Shown here one piece after another: positions 1-17,958 of a stretch of DNA of 64,000 bases. Each line of letters opens with the position of its first letter. The stretch's first letter is position 1. The notes below the pieces were generated by a model. The model saw only the letters and a program-made list of their open reading frames with translations. It ran no database searches and was not told the origin of the DNA. The stretch is taken from positions 10,028,849 to 10,092,848 of the forward strand of contig NW_003526943.1 of the NCBI RefSeq assembly GCF_000181795.1, given 5' to 3'. This stretch comes from Trichinella spiralis (Eukaryota). The position numbers and the translations under genes are program-made.

Positions 1-83
1 TCTTATAGGTTTAGCTTCAATGGGAAAAAAATAAGATTTGCATTTCCAGAAACAAATTTGTAAAATAATAATAACAACAATAC

Positions 84-753
84 CAATCTGGGCTGCAGGA
101 AATCCACGTCTGACAAGATTCCGCTGACGGACAGCTTCTTTGATCCGTTCCACTTCAAACTGATATCTGCAAAAAACATCATCATCAAAAAATATCCAGA
201 ATAATAAGAAAAAAAACATTAATTCTTTTTTTGTACTTTTTCCTATCCTTCATGGCAGCCTCTTTAGCTTCTTTGAGAGCGGTTTCCAAACTTTTCACTC
301 GTTCCATTGTTGCACGCAGACGTTTCTCCAATTTTGGCAATTCACAACGCAAATCTGCGTTGTCTCGAACCAGCTGAAAATCATTGAATTTGACGACGAA
401 TGAAAAAATTGAAATTACACCAATTTTTTTTGTTAAAAATTCCAAATTTTCAAATTAAAGATAAAAATAAATAAATTTTCTCTCAAATGCCGCTTTATAC
501 TTGTTTGTGAACTTTGGTAAGCTGATCCAAGTTGTTCTCCAGGAATAAAATTTTCTGCTTTTGCGCCATTGAAGAGACAAATTCTTCCTCTTCCGGGCCA
601 GTTGGTGTGCGTTTGATGCGCTGCTGTAAATCTTGCACGAAAAGTTTTCGCAAATTGTGCAACGTCTGCAATTCCTTGGCAACCGTCTCTTCCAGACCTT
701 AAACAAACGCCCCACAACAAAGCGATGATGAAACATAAATTCATGGCATTCGA

Positions 754-814
<61 letters not shown>

Positions 815-3800
815 TCACCTTTCAAGTCCTGTTTCGCTTGTTCTCGCTTGTCTGACAACATAGCCAATTCTTTGATGCGCTTGTCGCGTCCATTTTCTTC
901 AGACTTTAGCTTTTCGTAATCGCTCTGCAACTGATCTTTGGTCAGTTGCAACTGATTCAACGAGCTGCAAAATCACAAACAAATTAATTAATTGAATGAT
1001 GGAATAAATATGATCAAAAACAAACAAACAAACAACAACACTTACACTTGCAATTGATCGATTGTGTTATTTTTTTCCATAATTTCATCACGAAGGGCGG
1101 ATAGTTGTTTCGCATGCGCTTCACGATGACTTTCCAACTGGGCTTCCAGAGCGCTTTTCAAATCCACCTCAGACGCCGGTGCAATGCTCACCTTGGCTAC
1201 ATTTTCTGCAACTCAACACAAATAACATTGAAAATAAGCGACAGCAAATTTAAATTTAAAAAAAATGAAAAACAAAAAACCTTGCGCCCGCAATTTCGCG
1301 CATTCTTCGTTCAAAGTATCGACCGCTTCTTCAAGTTGACGCTTCTTGTTTTCAACCTCTTTCATCGATGCGGTCAACGAATTCATACGAATTTCATACT
1401 GAAAATTACAATAATAATCGGATAAATAATAATATTGATAAATTATTATTTTTTTTGAAATCAACCAACTAACTTGTTGTATCAAGAGACGACAATCGGC
1501 CAGTTCACGTTCATTGCTTTCCAAACGTTGCGCATAATCCGACTGGAACGTGTCCAGTTGTGCACATTTCTGAATACAACAAAAGCATATAGTAAAACAG
1601 CAACAACAACAACAATAACCACAGTATACTTCGGATAATGTTTTAATTTCGGCTTTCATTTTTGTCAACAACAACCGTGCCACGGTGAATTCTTCATCGA
1701 TGCGGTCGACTTTGTTCGGATCTTCCAAACTGACCTTCATCTCGGCAATGTTGCCGCCAATGATGCTTCCAACTTCGCAAAGATCGCGCACAATATTCGA
1801 CAGCATATCTTGGATTCGTCGCTTTTGAACGGCTGTACCTTCTTTGATCTGCTGCAGCTCGCTTTGAACCTCATTCAGCATGATCTTTGCAGCAAAGAAG
1901 AAGATATTCATATTTATAATTATAATATATATATTATTTTTTTTATCAATATTCACCAATTTTTTCGACAATTCATCGTTCAGAGATTCGTTCTCTTTCA
2001 CTTTCATCTCCACTTCTTGGGTCTTCTGATCGTAATTCATCGCCAGCTCTTCCAAAGCCTGCAGCACTTCTTTCACTTCCTCCTTGGCCGCATCATTTTC
2101 CATTTGAATTCGACTCATCTCCGACTGCAACACCTCGTAGTCGGTTTTCGTCTGCTTGATCAATTCTTCTTGTTCATTCAGCTGCTCTTTGAGCCGTTCG
2201 GCAAGCTGTGACTGTTGCTGAATCTCGTCATCCTGAGAAGAAGAACGATGATGATAATGATGATGCAATGGATAAAAAAATGAAAATTAAAATATTAAAA
2301 TAACTACCTTCTCGTCGAGCTGCTGATAAAGACGCAAACGTTCCTCTTCATAACGGGCACGTTCCTCGTCGACCAGAGCGGCCGGCGTTGAAGTGACCAT
2401 TGCCGCAGGAGCATTGGAAACCGAGTCCACAATCATCGATTCGGTCACCGACGGGGCGATCATGCTCTCGGTCAAATCGGACAAATTCACTTGTTCACTT
2501 TCTGGTATCGATTCACCTTTGAAGAAAGAAAAAAACAAATTTATGAATTATGAATTATTATTTCAAATTTCCCATCATTAATACCTCTCCTCCAACGTTC
2601 AATTTCCCTTTCGTATGCGGACAGTTGGGCACGCAATTTCAGCACTTTGTCGCGTTCACGTTCGAAACGTCGTTTCCACTCTTCGGCGGTCAACTCTTCG
2701 TTGACTTGTACCACATTGCTGATGGTCTTCGCCCTGCAACAAATTATCAAATTATTATTCAAATTCAATACTGATTTTGATAAATATTAATAAATGTTCT
2801 CTCTGCTCTTCTCACCTAGCGCCGAAAAGAAGCGTGGATTTCGTTTCTCCTTCGTTGAACGAAGCCGGCGAACAGCAGATCACAATTGTCGTACGGGCGT
2901 TGCCGCCCAGAGATTCTTGCAAAATCCTGGTCAACTTACTGTCCCGGTATGGAACGTGGCTTTTCTACAGAAAAAAGATAAACTCAAGTTCAACGATTCA
3001 ACAAAACCACAAAAATCAATTCAAATTTACCGTCCCTTCAGCCAAAGCCGATATAACATTACCAAGAGCGGACAGAGATTTATTAATATTTTTCGCTTCA
3101 TCCAAAATTGTACCTTCGGCTCCAGTTTTGCTGACCTGAAATGAATGAACAAATAAAAACACACATCTAATATTATCCTCCTAATTTTCACCTTTTCACT
3201 GCCAGCCAAATCCACCAAGTACAATTTGCCGGACAACTTTTTCTGCGTTTCAACATTCTCTTGACGTATATTAATAAGAAAAACACTATGACTTCTAGAA
3301 CTGTGCTCATTCATATCTGAAATGATATACATAATTTGTAGCAATTTCAAATAATTTCAACTGAGCATACAAAATCAACTTCCAAATTTTATACTATTTA
3401 TAAACACTTTTACAACTTACTCGTAACGGCAATATGACGATTCGCTTTTCCTTCTTCAATGGTATCCAAGACTTCTTCTGGACTTGAAACAAACCTTTCT
3501 GAACAGCCCTGAAATAAACATTTTCTTTTTTTTCGATCATTTTTTACAACTTTAACAAAACAAACTTTCATACATATTTGATTATTATTTTTATGCAAAA
3601 CATAATCTCACATACAAAAATGTAAAAGGTCTTAATAATTTAATTACATTACTTTTTATTACACTTTTCCTTAAACCTTTATTTCTCAAATTTACTGAAA
3701 ATTTTAAAGTGTAGATTCTGCCATTGAAAACTGTTGTTCACCTTCACGTAAGGAACTCTGTTTTTATCTTCATGGACTACAAGATTTGTCTTGGTCACTG

Positions 3801-5977
3801 AAAAGTAAAAACAACGATAAATACTATTATTATCGAATCAAAAATTCAATCAAATCACATCAAACTGCTCACCGTCCAGCAAATCACGAATTCTATCCAT
3901 GTATATTTCAAAATATGAAATTTTAATATGAAATTCCAAATTTTCTTCCATCGAATAAATATGATTAAAAATATCGGAAACAATTCGTGGAATAATGCCC
4001 TGGTAATCTGGATCACCAATGACACCCTGAAAAAAATAACAATAAATCTTCATTTCAGATAACAATTTCACTAAAAAAAAACACCACTTGCTCACCTCCA
4101 TTGTGAATGTTTTTCCACTCGACGTCTGTCCATAGGCAAATATGGTACCATTATATCCGCTAAGTACATCTTTCACAATAGGATAGGCGGACGCCAAGTA
4201 CACTTCTTCTTGGGAAATGTTCGGCTTGAACACACGATCAAAGCTGTAAACTTTGCCCTGCAAACAAACAAACAACTTCTCATTTCATTCGACAAACATT
4301 CATCTGATCATCTAGCAACAAGTTGCCGTAGCTTAACTTTGAGCATACACCACACTTTCATGTTAAAAAAAAACTGCTTTCACCAATTATCGACAACAAC
4401 AATTTCTGCAACACACACTTATCAATATTAACGCTGTATTTATTCCACGTATTTCACTTTTTAAAAATAACATTAACTACATTCGGAATAATATTTTGAT
4501 AAAAAATTTTATAAAATCAACATTAAAAATTATTAGTGTTCCAAATAAAATATTCGCTGCTGTTAGAATACAACTTAATCAATATATACTTGTAAGGTAC
4601 AACAGTTTGAAACATTCAATCCATAATAAATATAAAAACAATATTTACTATTCAAATGAAACGTCTCAACAAATATTCATCTATTACAAAGTAAACCCTA
4701 CAAACTTGACTAGTGATAAAGACCCAAATTCAAAAGACGTTTCAATTTCTTAAAACAAATACAACAGAATTACCTTACAATGTGAATGGAAATGAAATAC
4801 TTATTTCCATCATCAAATTACAAAAACACTTTGCAACGTATATAGTTACAGTATTCGTTTGAAAAAAACACTTTCTATCCTGAATGTATTTAAGATAATT
4901 ACTACAATATAAATCGATCGATGTTATTGATCAACCCTTTCCGATTTGATTCGTCAAAAAAAATCAATTTCAACACAATCAGTCAATTAAACGATTAATA
5001 ATGTTTCTTCAATATCCTTAAACATATAATAATCTTTCTTTTTCAGAAGCCCTTTATCATAATGTTAAAAGTGTTGTTTGAAAAATGAATTCATAGAATA
5101 AAAATAACATGAACGGTAAACGTTTTTTTACAAAAATTAACTAAAAATTATTTTCTGAAATAGTAATTTAAAAAAAAACTTGTACTTTTATTTGTAGTTC
5201 ATTTAAAAAAATTCAAGTGTCAAAAAAGCCTCAACCAATCAGAATTACTAGTGTATTAATTGATTTTTCCTACCTACTTTTAGAAATGCATGCAAAAAAA
5301 CCTGTTAAAAAGCATTTGTATTTTAAAGAAAACAAACCAGAACAGTTGTTCGCAAAAAACCCATTACAACTGAAATATGGAAAGAAGAGTGTGTTTAAAA
5401 ATGCAGACAACATCAGTGCTACCAGAACCTCACTATATATATATACATACATACATACACATATATTCAATCAGACAGCAATAAAGTAAACACAATAGAC
5501 GATTATACAAGAAAAACAGGTCAGCAGGCAACATTTTGTAGGAAACGTTTCATTGGAATTTCATGGCTATGTAAGTTTGACCTGAAAGAGTCTATTGAAA
5601 AACAAGCTCCACTGTACCTTTATCAAACATACTGAAAGCCAAAATTCCCAAACAGCCATTTACTGAGCATTTTAGCTGATGAAAGTTTTTTACACTGGAT
5701 ATGTGAATTTAATGACAATAATATGATAGAATACGCTATATGAATAATAAAAACAAACGTTCTAAACATTAATATTTACACAAAACCAACAACGTGTAGA
5801 ACATAAAAGCATTTCAAAAAGTTAAATAAAACAAAAAAAAACACTCACGCCAAGGTTCACGCAGTCGTTGGTACCCGGAGGAAACTTTGGAATAAATTTG
5901 GAGGATGATTTCTCCTCAGATTCATTGAGCGGCCGAAATCGGCAGAAAACTTTAATTGACTCTGAAGCGGCTGCCAT
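84..5977 (-). CDS. unc-116: Kinesin-1 heavy chain (KIF5/UNC-116), multi-exon, 3' end beyond window start
   Basis: Exon 1 (5849-5977) reads [23 protein letters not shown]. Motor motifs present: [17 protein letters not shown] (P-loop), [22 protein letters not shown]. Neck [14 protein letters not shown], coiled-coil stalk, tail [19 protein letters not shown] and a last visible exon ending RRGFPAAQI just before the IAK motif. GT-AG introns. Confidence 0.97.
755..814. repeat. (ATT)20 microsatellite in a kinesin intron
   Basis: Perfect 60-nt trinucleotide run; explains the poly-Ile ORFs in the track. Confidence 0.95.
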
Positions 5978-6658
5978 TATATCAACGGATCAACCTGCAC
6001 CAGCACAACTGAGAGCCAATATCAGACAATATTCTATAAAATAAAGAGCTACTTGAAATCTGAAAACAAATTCCACAATAAACTTTCAAATATTAATTAC
6101 TACTAAAGAGAATGATAAAATAAGGCGTTCACCAAAGCAAACAAACAGATCACATGTTAGCAAACATGTTTGCCACTGTTAACCAAGTTGCAAACGGAAA
6201 AGGTTGAAATTTAAAGTGAAACAGCAGTTAAATGTGCAAAAAATAATAAAAGAAAACTCCACTTCCGAAAAATTAGAATTCAGCAATACGAAACAAATAC
6301 ATTGATGTTGATGACTAATCACCGTAACCCTAACTCTGTCCTGAGTTTCAGTAAGTACAGTACGTAGAAATGGTTATTTTTTTTAATATTAGTTTGGCAA
6401 ATATTCAATTTTTGTTCATTTTATATGACTGTTTAATAACTGGGAATATATTTTAAAATTTTTTCATGTTTTGAATTTTTCTGTTATAAACAGTTATAAT
6501 GAATTATTTAAACGCATCTTAACAATGCTCAGTTGCCTTATCCTTTCGAATTAAGGAAGACAGAAAAGAATTTTGCTCATTCTATTAATTGCATTAATAA
6601 CTGTCTAAAAATTTCGTTTTAACTATTTAAATTTTACTTTCATTGTACGATTATCACT

Positions 6659-6672
6659 GTTACCATAGTAAC
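6659..6672 (+). promoter_or_regulatory. X-box (RFX/DAF-19 binding site)
   Basis: GTTACCATAGTAAC fits the X-box consensus GTHNYY-AT-RRNAAC and ends 38 nt upstream of the ATG of a ciliary IFT gene. Confidence 0.88.
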
Positions 6673-6710
6673 CGAAACACGAAATCTCTTATGTGAATTA
6701 TTTCAAAAGA

Positions 6711-8665
6711 ATGGCTGATCGGTATCTGTCGAGTGTAAACTTATATCTTGACGAACTAAATAAGCTTCGACTGCTTAATCCGGAAACTGGACATCAAAGT
6801 GAAAATTTGAGCTCCGAAGTTTCTTCATTTATTGAAAGTAATTAGCCGACTGTTACTTTATTTTTAATTGAAAGTTAATATTTAATATGATTCTTGTTTT
6901 TTTTTCAATTCATTAATATCTTTGAAAATAAAACAATGCTGGGTATCTGATGTGATTCACGGGAATTTTAATGAAAATAACAGCATTACATAATGAAAAT
7001 TGTTCATACGGAAATTGTGTTATATTGATGGCATATTTTTCAAAATGAAATTGTGATTTTCGTGCGACTTAAAATGCCAATAAAATTTCAATAAATTATC
7101 AGTTGCACGAGTTTCAAGCATAGCATGTGTATATCAGCAGCAATGCACTATACATCGTTCGATATGTTCATATATACACTTAACATTCATTTCAGAAATG
7201 ATCGCTTATATTATGTATTGCATAGGGAAACAACGACGTAATCACTAAATATTGGAAATATTTTAAAATTCTGTTGTTTAAAAAATATGTTGTTTTGAGC
7301 AGTGTTCTTTTCGAATGAATAAAATTTTCTTTATGATACAGTTGCAACAAAAATTATTAATAGTGATTATTATTTTCATAATAGCAATTTCTTATTAAAA
7401 AGACACCACTAAGTAATAGTACTAACTGCGCTTTACTGACCACGTTTAGTAACAACTGCTTTGCTTTGCTTTGCTTGTTGCAGTTGCAAAATTTGCAGCT
7501 GTTTAACATTTATGCGAGAGAAAAACCCCTTTAAATTTAAACTATACTTTAAAGTTAATCAATCCGAATTCATAAATATTACTGCTCATTATTCTTTACG
7601 ACTGAGTGGATTGTCTGTTCACAGTTATTATCGATCAATCACCGGATAATGAAAATTTGCAAAAATATATACACATTTCGCTTAGGAATTGCTTTACTCT
7701 TCATTATGTTCAGGCTAAGTTAGTTCCACGAAAAGTGTCACATTATATTATTCAGAATTTCCAGTCTTAATCAATTTATTACCATGCACGTAAGGCATTA
7801 TTTAAAAAAAATTTTCAAATTATTCACGTTATATAAAAACGATTAAGCAATTGCAATTTCTTTTCTGCCAATTCGCTTCATCAAATTTTCATTAATTGCA
7901 CTGATAAAATTGCTGCATAATTTTACTTAATCCAATTAACACTGGCATTCTGGAAGTTACATATTTAGCTGTTAGTTAACGTTTGGAAATATCAGGGTAA
8001 CTATTCAAAGAAAAAGACATTCTAAATTCAATTAAAAACGCTGACAGTGCAATTTATTGAAATTTTGTTTCATTCTTCAAACTCTTTCAGCAAAAAAGCA
8101 TAAAAACCCTCTTATTATAAGCACTGTAATCAAATCGTCATAACTACCATATACACTTCATATGTGAAAATTAATTTACATTAATTTATTTACACTTTTC
8201 AATAAACTTAATGTTATCAGCTTATATTCTTGTTTAGAAAATGAGAAAATCAGACGTCTCGTTGAAGACACCGAAGGTATGTTTACAAAATTCGCTGAAA
8301 AAGTTGAACTGCAAAAGTTTCAAGTAAACAAATAAATCATAAAACAAAATTACTGTAAATTACAATTATTGAATTATTATATTTTTTACAATAAAAAGGC
8401 AATAAATGCGAGAAACCTTACAAAAGATTTCGCTTTACACCAATCAAAAAATAAGCAACGATTGGAAATGTTAATAAAGTTAAAACGTGCTGAATTGGAA
8501 AGGTGATATTTTCTTCATTACTACTACTAATAATTATAATTATTATTGACCATTTGTTTCGTTTTTAGACTCAGAAAAGAAAATGAAAATCTTCAGCATG
8601 AATCTGATAAACAGCAAGAGATGATTCGAAAGCTAATCGGAGACTACTCAATGCCAAATGTTTAG
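6711..8665 (+). CDS. ift-20: Intraflagellar transport protein 20 (4 exons: 6711-6837, 8238-8323, 8399-8502, 8569-8665); missed by the ORF track
   Basis: Spliced translation MADRYLSSVNLYLDELNKLRLLNPETGHQSENLSSEVSSFIEK...KFQAINARNLTK...KRAELERLRKENENL...PNV* matches IFT20 motifs (DELNKLR.L.P, AI.ARNL, LER.R.E). Splice phases are consistent. Confidence 0.92.
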
Positions 8666-9470
8666 TAGCACTGGCAAGCAAGCATGTGTGCACTGCTTGA
8701 CAAGCGTTGCTGTCGTTGAAAATTTTATCCTTATAATATGCATATACATATAATAACAATGATCAAATTTTATGATAAAGATAATTTTTTAGTGTAACAC
8801 ATAGGACAAGAGAGCCTTGCTCGAAATCATTTTTAATAAATAGCAATTGTCATGACGAATTGTTTTTTGTAATGACAACCTTATATGCCCATAGTTACAA
8901 ATTTGCAATTTGCATCAGGCAGCACGAATCTTTTCTGTAGAAGAATATCCTTTAGAACATTTACATATAATATTCACAAAAATAAAACGGCAAGCTAACA
9001 CAAAAAGAAAAAAAAAGATTTATGAAAGAAACATGTCTCCAAAATACGCAGCTTGCCACATCATCATCAGCCACATGAAATCTTAGTAAAGTAATAAAAA
9101 TGCAGACAAAACATTAACTGTAACCTAAAACCTTACTTTGTCCGACACACAGCAATAAAACATACTGAATTTAATTTTATTTCAATAATGTTTTTGTATA
9201 TTTATTACATTGAAAATATTCATATAGTTAATATACCGCAAATATTAATGTCGTCAATAAGTCAGTCAGTAGAAAAATTTAACAATTTGAAAAAGCCCAA
9301 AAAATTGCAACAACAAAACATTTCAAGTGACATCTTGCTTGCAAAACAAGTTGGCAGTGAAGTTAAAATTTACAACGAAACAAAAATTAAACAAAAATGA
9401 TTGAAATGAGCTTTCCTGAAATAATTACTAATTACCGTAAAACAAGTGTATTTGACTTCTCCATTTCTAT

Positions 9471-10219
9471 TCAATCTTTCGAATGTGTCAACAACTTTAC
9501 ACCCGCTTTCAACAGTGGAGTACCAAATTCTTTTTCTTCAAAATACATAAATAAAATTTTTTAAATTCAATCTGAAACATAAAATTTATCAAATGTGAAT
9601 TTCTTACGAAGCGCTTCTGCAGTCAACAGAATTAAAAAACGCTCTCCTTCGTTCACCACGAGATTCAACATTTCTTCAACTTTAACGTTTTCCGTTACAG
9701 TTAGCAGCATTTTAAAAGTGGTACTTAATTCACTGGCTAAAGATTAAAAAAAATCTGAAACCACCTAGCTGAAATTCAAAAATCAGCACCTTACTCTGCT
9801 GGAATTCAAGCAGGGTTACGTTTGCAGTGCAACTTTCAACTGAAGCTTTTGCGAACACCCTATCGATTTGTATAGTAATTTCATATTGCATGACTTGCTA
9901 GAAAAAAGTGAAAAATGCAATAAACTATCATCTTTTAGATGATCAAAATAATAAAACCTGCAAAAAACCCAAATTCACTTTTGCCGCTTCACCATCTTCG
10001 GAATATTCTACAACAATCTCACCCATCTCCTTTGGTCCAATAGGATTGAGAAATGTTACAGTACTAGATTTTCTGAATTCAAAAAAAACCATATTAAATT
10101 TCTTTCCTCAAAACAAATGGTATTGTTCTTGAATTTTATTTAAGAATAGTTAAGTAAATATTAAACTGAATTAAGTAACACACTTACTTTGACGATTTTT
10201 GATTCTGCTCTCCGTCCAT
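9471..10219 (-). CDS. C20orf27/ADISSP (UPF0687, DUF4517) homolog, about 5 short exons; missed by the ORF track
   Basis: Spliced translation MDGEQNQKSSKKSSTVTFLNP...AKVNLGFLQQVMQYEITIQI...KVEEMLNL...LLTAEALQKEFGTPLLKAGVKLLTHSKD* parallels recalled C20orf27 motifs (VKVGFL...YEITF; L.EE..L; GTPML.DGV). Confidence 0.78.
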
Positions 10220-10443
10220 CACTTCAACTCAACTTAAACAAATTAATAATAAATAATAAGTATTATTTATGTTTAATATTTATGAATTTCAGAAAAATAT
10301 GATCGATTTTAACATATTAAAACTAAATATACAAACATCATTCCACATGACCATTTAATTCTAACAAAGCGGACTAATGACAATCGCTGCAAGGATCAAA
10401 AATAAGATGCGCCTGAAATCTCTCTATCTCAAAGTACAAGAAA

Positions 10444-14372
<3,929 letters not shown>

Positions 14373-15256
14373 GCTTCGGACAATTTATGTTTAGCCAAAT
14401 CAATTCTAATCCTATAATTTCAGAATTAACTTAACATTTTCAAATTAAAACGATACTCAATCATGTATATATGTAAGGACATGTATGAAAACTATGCAAA
14501 TAAATATGAATTTACGATTTCACTTTCTAAATGAAACGTCGAAAAAATTAGTAGGCTGTCAACTTATTCAACAAAAACATTGCGAACTACTGCATTACAA
14601 AAAATATTAAATAGATAAAGCAATAAAATAATTTAATAATCATGAAATTCATAATTTTTTCTTTATAAGACATTTCAAATACGTCCACCTTCAAACAGTC
14701 CAACGTCATCGTCCATTACAGTATGCTCTAAGTTACTGTAGTTGCGTCACCTTCTCCTTTGTCTCTTTACAGTTATCATTCTGTCACATAATAGAGTTTA
14801 AAATTTTCAACTATAATTATTAGTAGTAAAAAATATGTGACTGAAAACATTTAAATTTTAGAAATATTTTTTACATTTGTCAGAAACTAAATTTATTACT
14901 GATATTGTTATTTTTATCATTATATGATAAAATAAGACGATAAAAATTAACATAAATCATAAGTAACTTGGAATGTTTAAAATTTAAAATTTTTTTATTG
15001 AAATAAAACTACACTGAAATGTAGATTACATAGAAACTTTATTACGTTTTATTACAGTACATATAGCTTACACTGAAGTATTGTATGATAACGTCGAAAT
15101 TAAAATTACTCTCACTTTTTAATAAGAGGTTTTAATTAACGCAACGTTCAACAAATTTTGTGGAATGGTGTTAAGAATGTGATTGGAATTGACAATATAT
15201 TCCACTGCGTACATATTTCGGCGTTGCAGTTATTGTATTCCATTCAGCTTAAGAAA

Positions 15257-17958
15257 ATGGTAGCTGACAGGTCGAAATTTCCAACAAAAGAGGAGTCAAA
15301 GCTAAAAAAAATGAAGCGGTGGAGGCTAATACTTCGAAATCTATCCTTCAAGGTACTTTTGTTCAATCAATTTTATTTCTTCAACTTGGCATTTAAGTAA
15401 ATAATAAAGATAAATTTAAGTAAATAAGTGTGTAATAAATATTAACTTAAAAATTTTGGATATACTAAATAAGTTTTAAGTTTAATTTTATTTCATTTTG
15501 ATTCTTCTTATGTGCATTTGATATTACGTATTGATAAGATATTTCAGATTGTACTGTTTTACTCTAAATTTTCTGTTTTATTAGGCAACCGCGGATGCCA
15601 TTAGAGAAGTATTTGCACCATATGGTGAAATTATGGAAATAGTTTTACCTCAAAAAGGCAAGCTACTTTTCATTTCTGATATGTCTCACCACTTATTTTT
15701 ATGTTGTTATAGATGGTCATTGTGCTGGCTTTGGATTTGTACAGTTTAAAACATTTCCGGCTGCTGTTCAGGCACTGAGAGAATTAAATGCAACATCACT
15801 TTTAAGTATTTTTAATTTTTCATGTATTTATACATTTATAAATAATATTGTGATGCTAGATCGCATTATGGCTATTGACTGGGCTTTACCTAAAGATCAA
15901 TATTTAAACCTTCTCATCAAAGGTTTGCATTTTTAGCATAATTATTATTTTTGTCACTATAAATGACTTTTGATTTAGAGAAGCAAGAAGCTGAAAACAT
16001 GACAATGGAAGAGATGGTATTGAGGAAACTAGAATCTAAAAATGAGTTCACTCAAGCAAGTACAAGCAAAATCAAAGTGAAGAATGAAAACGAGGTAATC
16101 CAAGAAAACGATGTGGACGAAGAAGATCAGCTTCAGGAAGAAACTGAGATTATGGAAGAAGGCGAATCTTCTGAGAAGATATCAGCTGAAGATAATCTTC
16201 AAAAATCCAAAGAACAGAAACGGGATCCAGGAATTGAAGAAGGACGGACTTTATTTGTGCGGTAAATTATGGCCACTTATAATTTTTTCCTATTGTTTTT
16301 AATATAAATGCTTTAAACTAAAGACTGGTATATTTTAGACATTTGCCGTTTGATGTTACAAATGACACCTTGAAGGAATATTTTTCACGGTTCGGGCCTC
16401 TCAAATATGCTTTGGTTTGTCGATATTCCGGAACAGATCATTCGAAAGGTAAAATGAATTTTTGTCTGCAGAAATGAAAGCACACATTCCTTCTATCGAT
16501 ATGCAGACACTGTAATTTTCAGATACAAATGTAATTATTGAAAACGATGTGTTGAATGATATGTTTTAGGTACGGGTTTTATTCAGTTTTTAACTAAAGA
16601 AGCGGCCCAAAAATGCCTGGAAGCCGCAAATAATGCATCAGAAGTATTTACTTACAAACTACTCTACGCTGATTGCTACATATATTATTAATTTAGAGCG
16701 AAAGACTTTGCATTGGCAACAGCAGTTTATCAGTGTGTTTAGCCGTTTCGCGTTCCGAACTGGAACGGCTAAATTCTGAGAAATGCATTTCAAAAAAGCA
16801 GCCAAAAGACAATCGAAACTTAAAATTGCTCGAATATTGTGGTATTATTATTTAATTTCGTTCATCTATTTTTGCATTTACTTTTTTGATAAACGAATTT
16901 GACTATCATTAGAAGAGTTTATTTTGTGAAAGTTGAAATTTCAGAAGTGAAAGACAACTGCGGCATGTCGGCAAAAGATGCTGAAAAGAGAAAAAAGATC
17001 AAAGCTTCAAATGAGCAGAAATTGAAAAATTTAAATATTTTTTTGTCGCATACACGTCTTTGCGTGCACAATTTACCTTTAAAATTATCTGACAAAGATT
17101 TGAAAAAACTATGCTATGAAGCTGTCAGTGATCGAAAGTCAAAAATTATTGAAGTAATCAGAAATGTTTATACATAACTATGAATACGTGTGTGTATTAA
17201 TTTTCTTTTGTTTAGTGTCGCATCATGAGAGATTTAAATCGAATAAATAGCAGTGGAATTGCTCATTCTTTAGGTTACGCTTTTGTACAGTTTACTGAGC
17301 ATGAGCATGCATTAAAATGTTTAAAAGCTCTGAACAATAATCCGAAAGTTTTCACAAATGAAAAGGTAAGCAGTTTCTGTTTATTGTTTTGTAATTCTAA
17401 AAATTTTTGATAATGAATGACAGTTAGTGATTTCATTTGTTTTAATTTTTGTGAGAAAAATTTTACTAGCAAAATAAAGTTCATGTTGAGTCGCAGTATT
17501 ATTTTTTATAAATAATTGAAATCACGTAAAGCTAAATATTATTTATTTATTGAATCAAAATTAATTATCAATTTTAGAGACCAATTGTTGAATTTTCGTT
17601 GGAAAATAAAGCAGTAGTGAATTTGAAAAATCAGCGCAGGGTTCATGCCAAGGTAAATTTACAATTGTATAATTTTGCTAGATATAAATGTGTAATTGTT
17701 AATTTTCAGATGAAACAAATGGCAGTTTCAGCTGGAGTTTCAGAAATGAATCCAAATGAAGTACCTGTAGGGGAGAAGACAGAACATAAGAAACTTTCGA
17801 AAAAAGAAAGAAGACGAAAACGTCGATATTTTGCTAGAAAGATGCTATTTGAAATGCAACATGAAAAGCAGCGCGGATCTAAAAATTCTGTTTTAAATTT
17901 AAAAAGAAAAATGAGTGGAAATATGCAAAAGAATTTGACTGCTAAAAAATTAAAATAG
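15257..17958 (+). CDS. rbm-28: RNA-binding protein 28 / Nop4-like multi-RRM nucleolar protein
   Basis: RRM starts WRLILRNLSFK, GRTLFVRHLPFD and TRLCVHNLP. RNP1 motifs GFGFVQF, GTGFIQF and SLGYAFVQFTEHEHALKCL..LNNNP. Also RPIVEFSLEN and a basic C-terminus. Confidence 0.9.

Noticed and set aside
433..960. Poly-Ile ORFs on both strands
   Set aside because: Translation of an intronic (ATT)n microsatellite read through from kinesin exons.
5217..5489. ORF containing LIDFSYLL, identical to a MYST motif, antisense within kinesin intron 1
   Set aside because: No flanking MYST motifs (QRxGYG before, PExPLSDLG after). AT-rich low-complexity context makes a chance match likely.
10209..10218. TGGACGGAGA on the minus strand resembles the 5' end of miR-184
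   Set aside because: The match stops at 10 nt, there is no hairpin, and it coincides with the start of a coding exon.
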